A stretch of DNA of 64,000 bases from an uncultured Bacteroidales bacterium (lineage in GTDB: Bacteria; Bacteroidota; Bacteroidia; Bacteroidales; ML635J-15), in contig CAZTNS010000001.1 in assembly GCA_964615585.1 (NCBI GenBank), forward strand, positions 1,456 to 65,455, in the 5' to 3' direction. A model generated the notes under the pieces. The model did no database searches and was not told where the DNA came from. It was given only the letters and a program-made list of their open reading frames with translations. This document shows positions 1-7,482 of the stretch, piece by piece. The stretch's first letter is position 1, and the number at the start of each line of letters is the position of its first letter. The position numbers were made by a program, and so were the translations under genes.

Positions 1-213
1 GAAAACATCAGAAAACATCCGGATTTTGAAGTGAAATACAAGCAAAACCCCGATCCGGAAACCAAAAAACTTGCTTTCAATAAGATTTTTGATGATGTCA
101 TCACCGAAGAACGCAGCCGCGATCTTGATTTTTACAGAATGCTGGCCAAAGACGAAGCCTTCCGGGAATCGATTTTGAATACCGTGGCAAGGGTGCTGGA
201 TTATGCGTCTTGA
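1..213 (+). CDS. 3' end of a gene entering from upstream; tail resembles the C-terminal helical region of a type I restriction enzyme R subunit (HsdR)
   Basis: The frame is open from base 1 (ENIRKHPDFE precedes the listed GTG at 31). The tail KLAFNKIFDDVITEE..DFYRMLAKDEAFRESILNTVARVL fits the acidic/aromatic pattern I recall from HsdR C-termini. This is recall only. Confidence 0.4.
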   Translation, partial: ENIRKHPDFEVKYKQNPDPETKKLAFNKIFDDVITEERSRDLDFYRMLAKDEAFRESILNTVARVLDYAS

Positions 214-319
214 GTGCCATGTTGTTTTTATTTACGACATAACGGTTTTTACCTGATCCCTCAAACTGGCATATTGCTATCCGAAATCTATGAACACACC
301 AGCAAAATAAAGGTGTACG

Positions 320-442
320 TTTCGGAATAACTCAATACACCGCATTTTGACCGGAATCACTGGCACAACAAAACCGGAATGAATGGCACATTTCGGCAGG
401 CTCAATGCATCGCAATTCGAACCGGAATAACCATCCGGTTTT
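320..442. repeat. Nest of direct repeats built on CCGGAAT, ending in a hairpin plus T-run
   Basis: 38-nt units at 320-357 and 391-428 (tttcgg..ctcaat.ca.cgca...ga.ccggaat, about 70 percent identical). 17-nt units ccggaat[c/g]a[c/a]tggcaca at 351-367 and 374-390. Terminal aaccgga/tccggtt hairpin at 420-440 followed by tttt. Confidence 0.85.
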
Positions 443-458
443 AAAACTAAAAATTTTA

Positions 459-1595
459 TCAGAAAGTATTGAAATAAAAATTTGCCAGCCAGTGTTTATA
501 CATTGGGTCTAAAATTATGAATTTACCCTCAAATCCATCAATAATTTCTTTCTTCACAAGGGCTCTTTTGATGACAGTAACATTTGCTGAACTACCCAAT
601 TTATAGTCTTTAATAACGTTTTGTGAATTAAAATGCACTACCCCATTTATCATGGCATTCAGGAAATAAACCTGTGTATTACTGAGGCTGTCGGTAAGAT
701 TCTGAAACAGCATGCTTAATTGTAAAATGATGCTGTTATGAGCATCTCTGACAAGTTCTTCACTTGCTACTTCTTCTGCTCTAAGCCAGGTTTGCTGAGC
801 CAATTGCTGAACATAATAAGAATGACACTCTGTTAATTCTGCTATTAAGCCTGCATTTTTTGCGTTTATGCTTTTACCTGTCTGTCTGAATCTTTTTTTT
901 ATAAATTTCACCCAGTCATCTCTTGATATTTTTTGTAAAAACATCAAATCACCAAATTTATAAAAGGGCATTGAACTATTTGCAAAAATATTACTCATCA
1001 TGTGCCTTTTGCTTCCATATAAGCAATATGAAACGTTTTGATGCTTTTGCCAGTGTGATCTGAGCTTTTTCTGAAACTGCAATGGTTCATCAAATTCATT
1101 TATATTCTGGAACTCATCAACACAAACTACGAACTTTAGATTTTTTGCTTTCGCTATATTTTCTGCAAGATCCAATATCTCATCGGGTTCAGTTTTAAGC
1201 CGTTCAATATCAAAATTTACTTTAAATTCCGCATCACCACCTGCACTAAAACTAATATTCGGTATTATCCGTTTAAAGAAATCACCGGCAGTTTTTATTA
1301 TTTCATTTGCTTTAGTCGTTGTTGATTTTAATATTTCCTTTGCAAATACCGAATAAAATTCTTCTTCATTTCGGATATTATACATATCAATAATGCAGGT
1401 TCTAAGTTTCTTATCATCTTTTACAGCTTTTTCAACTGCTCTCAAAACTAATGTTGATTTACCCCACCTGCGAGGTGATATAAGAACCATGTTTACCTGA
1501 GATTGAAAGTTGTTTATCAATCTTGTCATTTCCTCCTGCCTGTCAGTAAATTCCTGCTTAACGGGGAGGTGTCCATATACAAAAGGCATTTTCAT
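459..1595 (-). CDS. AAA+ ATPase of the archaeal-ATPase / DUF234-type ATP-binding protein family
   Basis: Walker A SPRRWGKST and Walker B VVCVDEFQ. Start moved to MKMPFVYG (ATG at 1595), because the listed N-extension MHIILLHIILL is translation of a tandem DNA repeat. Confidence 0.7.
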   Translation of the reverse strand: MKMPFVYGHLPVKQEFTDRQEEMTRLINNFQSQVNMVLISPRRWGKSTLVLRAVEKAVKDDKKLRTCIIDMYNIRNEEEFYSVFAKEILKSTTTKANEIIKTAGDFFKRIIPNISFSAGGDAEFKVNFDIERLKTEPDEILDLAENIAKAKNLKFVVCVDEFQNINEFDEPLQFQKKLRSHWQKHQNVSYCLYGSKRHMMSNIFANSSMPFYKFGDLMFLQKISRDDWVKFIKKRFRQTGKSINAKNAGLIAELTECHSYYVQQLAQQTWLRAEEVASEELVRDAHNSIILQLSMLFQNLTDSLSNTQVYFLNAMINGVVHFNSQNVIKDYKLGSSANVTVIKRALVKKEIIDGFEGKFIILDPMYKHWLANFYFNTF

Positions 1596-1621
1596 ACTTT
1601 CACATTTTACCACAAAGATAA

Positions 1622-1680
1622 CAAAATGATGTAATAAAATGATATGTAATAAAATTATATGCAATAAAATTATTGCATAT
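1622..1680. repeat. 15-bp tandem repeat (about 3.6 copies) ending in a perfect 24-bp palindrome, immediately upstream of the ATPase gene
   Basis: Units g[t/c]aataaaat[g/t]at.. start at 1631, 1646 and 1661. 1657-1680 atatgcaataa-aa-ttattgcatat has 11-bp perfect arms. Confidence 0.9.
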
Positions 1681-1886
1681 TATTGTTTCACAAATTTCAA
1701 AAACGTTGATTTCTGATCATCTCTGAACCAAAAAAGGTAAATACCGGGAGTTAAAGAATTAATGCTTATTGGGTTAGAATATTCACCTCGCGTAATAATT
1801 AAACCACTAATTTTTAATCTTGCATAATCAATTTTCAGATATCCTGACTTAGTGGTAAATGAAAGTGTCGCAATAATTAAGTACAT
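1680..1886 (-). pseudogene. Orphan T9SS C-terminal sorting domain (CTD) fragment with no signal peptide or passenger domain
   Basis: The 68-aa ORF ends ..INSLTPGIYLFWFRDDQKSTFLKFVKQ, the typical type-A CTD ending (compare the CTDs at 26759 and 36429). Nothing in-frame upstream. Confidence 0.45.
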
Positions 1887-1903
1887 AATGATATCAAGTT
1901 TTT

Positions 1904-1979
1904 AGTTGGCAAAAGGCAATTGGCAAGGCGTACATATCACAATGATGGAATTAAATTGCCAACTGCATTTTTGCCAACT
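1904..1979. repeat. Imperfect inverted repeat built from TTGGCAA/TTGCCAA motifs
   Basis: agttggcaaaa (1904-1914) is the perfect complement of ttttgccaact (1969-1979). caattggcaa (1917-1926) pairs with ttgccaactg (1956-1965) at 9/10. gccaactg recurs at 2007-2014. Confidence 0.9.
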
Positions 1980-2131
1980 GTTTACCCCGTAGGGAAATCC
2001 TTCGGGGCCAACTGATTTTACCGAAGCTGTCTTTTTCAATGTACAATTTATCATCTGAAGGATGAGGAAAAAATACTGAAATAACCTTTTTCAATTTTGA
2101 ACGCTATCGCATGTTTATTTATAGCAGCACC

Positions 2132-5100
2132 CTACATCGAAACCAGCTCTTTCAACTCATTCTGTGACAAATCGCCAATCCATTTTTCGCCTTTGTCAAC
2201 GCTGATGTCGGCAAGCTCTTTTTTGTGATTGATCATGTCATTGATCTTTTCTTCAAAACTGTTTTTTGTGATCAGGCGGTACACCATCACATTTTTTTTC
2301 TGCCCGATCCTGAACGCTCTGTCGGTGGCTTGATTTTCAACCGCAGGATTCCACCAGAGGTCGTAATGTATGACGTTGCTTGCTGCCGTGAGGTTGAGGC
2401 CGGTACCACCGGCTTTTATGGAGAGTATCAGGGTTTTCAGGTGGGGCTTGGTTTGAAAATCCGTCACCATCTCGTCTCGCTTTTTACGGGAGGTGCCACC
2501 ATGAAGAAACATTGTTTCGATATTGAATGCGTTTTGCAGCATCTTTTCTATAATAACCCCCATTTCTTTGTATTGTGTAAAAATGAGCACCTTTTCATTG
2601 TTTTCATAAATTTTTTCAAGCAGGTTGATCAGCATCATGCTTTTGCCTGACAGTTCCGGATTATAGTCTTGCTTTTTCAGGAATTGCCCGGGGTGATTGC
2701 ATACTTGTTTCAATGCTGTCATGAGTTTAAAAACCATGCCTTTCCGTTTGATCTGATCCTCTTCATCAATTTTATTCAGCTCTGCCAGCATGTCGTCAAC
2801 AACCTGCTTATACAAAGCTGCCTGCTCCTCTGTGAGGTTCACATAGTTATCGTTTTGTATTTTATCCGGCAGGTCGCTGATGATTTTCTTGTCTGTTTTT
2901 TCCCGCCTGATGATGAAGGGAGAGCATATTTTTTTAAACTTGTCAAGTTTGTCTTTGTTCCGGTAAATTTCGATGGGCTGGGCATATTCCTTTTGGAATT
3001 GTTTTGCGGACCCCAGGTACTTTTTGTTGACAAAATCAAAAATACTCCAGTATTCCCGCAACCTGTTTTCCACCGGTGTTCCGCTCATGGCAATCTTTAT
3101 CGGAGATTTAAGCCGTTTTATGGCTTTTGTCTGATTTGTGTGGGGATTTTTGATGTTTTGAGCCTCATCTATCACCACCATGGCCCATTTTTTCTTAGCC
3201 AAATCGTTGATGTCGCTCCTGACAATGCCGTAAGAGGTAATGATGAGCTCATCGTCTTCGTGATTTTTCAGCGACCTGTTTGGGCCGTGATAAATACCGG
3301 CTTTCAATTCCGGTGCAAATTTCCGGATTTCATTTTGCCAGTTGGTGATCAATGTGGTTGGTACCACAATCAGGCCTTTTTTGTTTTCCAACAGATTCTC
3401 TGATTTGAGTTTCAATATGGTGGCAATCACCTGTATGGTTTTGCCCAATCCCATGTCATCGGCAATGATGCTCCCGAAGCCGGTTTTGCTGTTTTTGTAC
3501 AACCATTGATAGCCGGATTCCTGGTATGGACGTAAGCTACCGTTTAAATTTTCAGGAACAGGGTAATCCTGGGTTTCTGAAAGCTGCTGAATGATTTTCT
3601 TCAGGCCTGGTGAAATGGAAATTTTAGCTCCCTCGTATTCTTCAGTTAAGGCTGATTTTAATACCTCCTGGGATGATAATTCGGGGGGATTTTCCAGGTT
3701 TTTCAGGATGTTCTGCACTTCATTTTTGTCAATCAGCACATACCGGCCTTTAATTTTGACAATGCTTTCGTATTTTGTTGCGATTTTTTTGAATTCTTTG
3801 GCAGAAATTTGTTTGTCTCCGATAGCGATTTTCCAGTCAAAATCAAGCATGTTGTTGATGTTCAGGAAAGATTTTGACTTTTCTGCTGAGCTGTTTGTTT
3901 TTAGGGCGAGTGATACTTTTGGCCGTGCCAGTTTTTTTAATGAATTGGGCAGCAATATTTTTATGCCGAGGCGTTTTATTTTCGGCAAAATTTCCAGCAA
4001 TACATCCGTAAACTCTGCTGCTTCATAATAAACCGGTTTCTTGCCGTAATCAGCAATTACCTGATGTAATGCGCTGAAATGATTGGCCAGGTTATTGAGC
4101 GATTCAAGTACGCTAAACCGGTGATCTTTGTATTCATCGTCTTTAAGAAAAGATTCCAGGTCAATCAGCTTAGCACCCGATTTTTTTGTGTTATCCACCA
4201 GCAAACTGAGGGTAAATACATTGTCCTCCGGTTCGTCCACTTTTATCACCGGAATATATTCCTTCCCGGACAAATAAAAATTGTTCAGCCATTTGTGTAT
4301 GGCTTCGGGTGTGCCTTTTTCGCCAATATCATTAAAGGTATATACCTCAGAAGCAAAAAACAGTTGCCTTATTTTGCCGGCCTGCGAATCATCTTCAGGT
4401 AGGCCTGCGCCGTAATATTCGTAAACAAACCAATCCAGGAAAAGCGAAATCAACTGGATTAACTGGTCTTCCTTCCCGAGGTATTTGGGCTCCAGGGGGT
4501 GTTCATAGATTCGGATGATATCGCCGGGAGTGGTATCCAGTAAGTTTGAAAAAATATCCCTCACACTGGGATTAATCAAAGCAGGAATGTACCTGATCCT
4601 GTAATTGTCATTCTGTAATCTGATGAGCTGGGGAATGAATGCACTTTGCCTGATCAGGCTGATTGAAAAATGATAAACCGCATAAATAGCACGCAGTTCA
4701 GGGCACAGGCGATTTGAATATTTGTTGGGGATTTCCTGCAAATAATCAATAAAACCGCCAATGCCAATATCTCCAAGAAAATGTATTGTTGCTTCATCGC
4801 TGATTAATTCTGCGTGATCATAAGACAAGCTGTAATCGATTTTGATATTTGCTTCCCGGTAAACCTCGTATTCGTTGTAGAAATCAAGCCCATCCGCCTC
4901 TTCCTGAGATTCAATGAGTTTTTTAAGCCCTTTTTCTGTTTTGTTGTATGCTTTTTTGATCTCATTTTTGAAATTCCCTGTAGAAAACATACTGTGTTCT
5001 TCCAGCAGGGAAAGCAACTCATTTTTCATTTCAGGGATAACCGAAAAGTCTATATTTTCCGGTTGCTTGTCAGCGATATTCTGTTTTGATGCTTCGGGTT

Positions 5101-5665
5101 TATCTTTTATGAGCTCATCAGCCTGCGGGATGGTGGAAATGTTTTTGTCCGGCAGCATGCCTGATTTTTCCAGCTCGCCAATAATATCCAGTCCTTTGAG
5201 GTTGAACAGGATGAAGGGGTTTTTGTCAATTTCATTGGCGATGATGTATATTACGGCAGCGATGTGTTTGCATGGCACAGCCCAGTCGGGGCAAGAACAG
5301 TGCATGTCTATATCGTTCCATGTGCGGGGAAATATTTGGATGCCTTCCTTTGTGGTATATTCATGCAGAGAACTGGGCAATTCAAGGTTTACCAGGCTGG
5401 TCAGTAACATGGGATTGCTGTGGATTTTATCCATGATCTTGCGCTTATCGGTTGCTGATAACTGAGGAACGCTGCAACTTACAGCATAAGGCATTATTCT
5501 TGATCCCTGCACATCTGCATGAATGTTATTTTTGTTGATTTTAATGTCAGTAACATAGCCTTTATTGGCATAGGTTCTTCCCCGTGGTAAGCGGTTTGAG
5601 AAATCGATGTTGTGGAGGGCTCTCAGCCATTGTTCACCCCACCATGTTTGTCCGTATTGGTTCAT
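2132..5665 (-). CDS. SNF2-family helicase with N-terminal SWIM zinc finger
   Basis: SWIM CxC..CxH (HCSCPDWAVPCKHIAAV). SNF2 motifs DDMGLGKT, DEAQNIKN, SGTPVENRL. Helicase-C block GGTGLNLTAASNVIHYDLWWNPAVENQATDRAFRIGQ. Confidence 0.9.
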   Translation of the reverse strand: MNQYGQTWWGEQWLRALHNIDFSNRLPRGRTYANKGYVTDIKINKNNIHADVQGSRIMPYAVSCSVPQLSATDKRKIMDKIHSNPMLLTSLVNLELPSSLHEYTTKEGIQIFPRTWNDIDMHCSCPDWAVPCKHIAAVIYIIANEIDKNPFILFNLKGLDIIGELEKSGMLPDKNISTIPQADELIKDKPEASKQNIADKQPENIDFSVIPEMKNELLSLLEEHSMFSTGNFKNEIKKAYNKTEKGLKKLIESQEEADGLDFYNEYEVYREANIKIDYSLSYDHAELISDEATIHFLGDIGIGGFIDYLQEIPNKYSNRLCPELRAIYAVYHFSISLIRQSAFIPQLIRLQNDNYRIRYIPALINPSVRDIFSNLLDTTPGDIIRIYEHPLEPKYLGKEDQLIQLISLFLDWFVYEYYGAGLPEDDSQAGKIRQLFFASEVYTFNDIGEKGTPEAIHKWLNNFYLSGKEYIPVIKVDEPEDNVFTLSLLVDNTKKSGAKLIDLESFLKDDEYKDHRFSVLESLNNLANHFSALHQVIADYGKKPVYYEAAEFTDVLLEILPKIKRLGIKILLPNSLKKLARPKVSLALKTNSSAEKSKSFLNINNMLDFDWKIAIGDKQISAKEFKKIATKYESIVKIKGRYVLIDKNEVQNILKNLENPPELSSQEVLKSALTEEYEGAKISISPGLKKIIQQLSETQDYPVPENLNGSLRPYQESGYQWLYKNSKTGFGSIIADDMGLGKTIQVIATILKLKSENLLENKKGLIVVPTTLITNWQNEIRKFAPELKAGIYHGPNRSLKNHEDDELIITSYGIVRSDINDLAKKKWAMVVIDEAQNIKNPHTNQTKAIKRLKSPIKIAMSGTPVENRLREYWSIFDFVNKKYLGSAKQFQKEYAQPIEIYRNKDKLDKFKKICSPFIIRREKTDKKIISDLPDKIQNDNYVNLTEEQAALYKQVVDDMLAELNKIDEEDQIKRKGMVFKLMTALKQVCNHPGQFLKKQDYNPELSGKSMMLINLLEKIYENNEKVLIFTQYKEMGVIIEKMLQNAFNIETMFLHGGTSRKKRDEMVTDFQTKPHLKTLILSIKAGGTGLNLTAASNVIHYDLWWNPAVENQATDRAFRIGQKKNVMVYRLITKNSFEEKINDMINHKKELADISVDKGEKWIGDLSQNELKELVSM

Positions 5666-6140
5666 AATTCCAAAGTAAAATCAGTAACAAAAATTTTGCT
5701 TGTTTAACAGCATAAAAATACATAATACATTGGATGGGACAAAAAATGGGATGTTAAATTTTTCTGCTGTGCCCGACCTTCAGGGTCGGCTTGTTTATGC
5801 GTAAACATTGAATAGATCAAAGAAAATTATAAAGAAAAAGTAAAATTACAAAAGTTTTCACTTTTAGATATTCTTGTTTTTCCACTAAGTTTGCAGTAGA
5901 ACCATATTAAATAAATTGATAGCATGTTGGTATTAAAATGCTTTTGATGTAACAAATATGGAAAACATAAACATCATAAAAACAAGACATTACAAAAATA
6001 CAATGTTCATATTAAATTGTTTATAAACAGATTATGTTTTCTGCGAAACTTCAGTAACAGTTCATTTTCTAAATCACACTATTAGCAGCGGTTTGTGATA
6101 AGTTGTATATAATTTCATGTTGTCTTGTTTGGCACCTGCT

Positions 6141-7163
6141 TTAATCATCACAAAATTCTTTGATTTTTTCGTTCACTTCATCAAAGCCTGCTTCCCTGGC
6201 TTTTTTCAAGTCCTTGCATCCGCTCTTTTTTTCACCTGCCTGATGTTTTGAAAGCCCTCTGTAATAGTAAGCCCTGGCATAACCCGGCTTAATCTCAATG
6301 GTTTTGTTGAAGTCAGACATGGCTCCGCTGTAATTACCGAGTTCATGTTTGGTAATGCCTCTGTTTGTATAATATCCAGCCTTGTATGGATTAATCTCAA
6401 TGGCTTTATTAAAATCAGTTATCGCGCCGGCGAAGTCTTCCAAATCATGTTTAACTAGGCCCCTGTTGTTGTAGGCACCGGCATTATCCGGATTAATCTC
6501 AATGGCTTTGCTATAATCAGCCAGTGCCCCCTGGTATTTTTTCAGTTTATGCTTGACAAGCCCACGGTTGATATAAACGCCGGCATTATCAGGATTGATC
6601 TCTATGGCTTTGTTATAGTCAGCCAGTGCGCCTTTGTAATCCTTTGTTTTTCGCTTAGTCAGACCCCTGTTGATATAAGCCGCTGCAACCTCAGGTTTGA
6701 TTTTAATGACGGATGTGAAGTCTCTTATGGCACCTTTCTGATTTCCCAATTTGCCCCAGGCAAGCCCCCTGTTAAAATAAGCCATTGTATGAGAAGGTTT
6801 TGTATCAATAACTTTGCTTAGGTCTCTTACAGCGCCCTTGTAATCTCCCAGCTCATCCCTCGCTATTCCCCTGTTGAAATAAGCATCAATATCCCTGGGA
6901 TTGATCTCAATGGCTTTATCAAAATCCAACAATGCTGAGCCGTGTTTTCCCAATTCGCCCTTAACAAGGCCCCTGTTAAAGTAAGCGTTTGCATTTTCAG
7001 GGTCGAGCTCAATGGCCTTGTTCAGGTTTTTAATGGCTTTTTTCAGCTCTCCCGATTCAAAGTTTTCAATGCCTTTGCTGTAATAGTCCTGTTCCGTTTG
7101 ACAATAAGCTGTTCCCATGGTTAAAAACGTCAATCCTGATAGTACAATTAAAATTTTTCGCAT
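6141..7163 (-). CDS. Secreted tetratricopeptide-repeat protein (about 9 tandem TPRs)
   Basis: Signal peptide MRKILIVLSGLTFLTMGTAYC, then repeated 34-aa units A.AY.NRG..K..LG.Y.GA..D..KAIEI.P. Start set at MRK. Confidence 0.85.
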   Translation of the reverse strand: MRKILIVLSGLTFLTMGTAYCQTEQDYYSKGIENFESGELKKAIKNLNKAIELDPENANAYFNRGLVKGELGKHGSALLDFDKAIEINPRDIDAYFNRGIARDELGDYKGAVRDLSKVIDTKPSHTMAYFNRGLAWGKLGNQKGAIRDFTSVIKIKPEVAAAYINRGLTKRKTKDYKGALADYNKAIEINPDNAGVYINRGLVKHKLKKYQGALADYSKAIEINPDNAGAYNNRGLVKHDLEDFAGAITDFNKAIEINPYKAGYYTNRGITKHELGNYSGAMSDFNKTIEIKPGYARAYYYRGLSKHQAGEKKSGCKDLKKAREAGFDEVNEKIKEFCDD

Positions 7164-7256
7164 AATATAAATAGATTTGCTGTTTACAAACATTTGTCTT
7201 TAAATGCACAAGTTAATAAAAAAACAATGAGTCCACTCTAAAAAATCATTTTTCGC

Positions 7257-7346
7257 CACAAAAACACAAAAACACAAAAACCCACCAAAAATTAACTAAA
7301 TGAATTTCAATATTTTGTGCAATTTGATGCTTTGGTATTTTGGTGG
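7257..7346. repeat. (CACAAAAA)x3 tract followed by a 9-bp inverted repeat
   Basis: cacaaaaa x3 at 7257-7280. ccaccaaaa (7282-7290) is the perfect complement of ttttggtgg (7338-7346). Lies between divergent TPR and MFS genes. Confidence 0.85.
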
Positions 7347-7482
7347 CATTTTTTATTTTTCGACTTTTTTGATGAGTAGTCCCACCAATGATAACAAGAA
7401 ATGCCAGGAAAAACTATTTTGAATTTTTTGTAAGCCAATAATTTTACTACTTTAGCGCTGCAAAATCAAAAAATGACTTGTT

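Noticed and set aside
265-280. TGGCAT-ATTGC, which resembles a sigma-54 -24/-12 promoter, together with other TGGCAC strings at 360-390
   Set aside because: The GG-to-GC spacing is about 8 nt rather than the required roughly 12. The TGGCAC strings are part of the direct-repeat units.
1596-1664. N-terminal extension MHIILLHIILLHHFVIFVVKCES of the ATPase ORF
   Set aside because: It is simply the translation of the 15-bp tandem DNA repeat. The family-typical N-terminus starts at MKMPFVYG.
2669-3403. 244-aa plus-strand ORF, with others at 2225-2650, 3591-4028, 4079-4402 and 4914-5465, antisense to the SNF2 helicase gene
   Set aside because: They lie wholly inside a gene with unambiguous SNF2 motifs. 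The translations are low-complexity, Phe/Ile/Cys-rich and motif-free, as expected for the antisense frame of an AT-rich gene.
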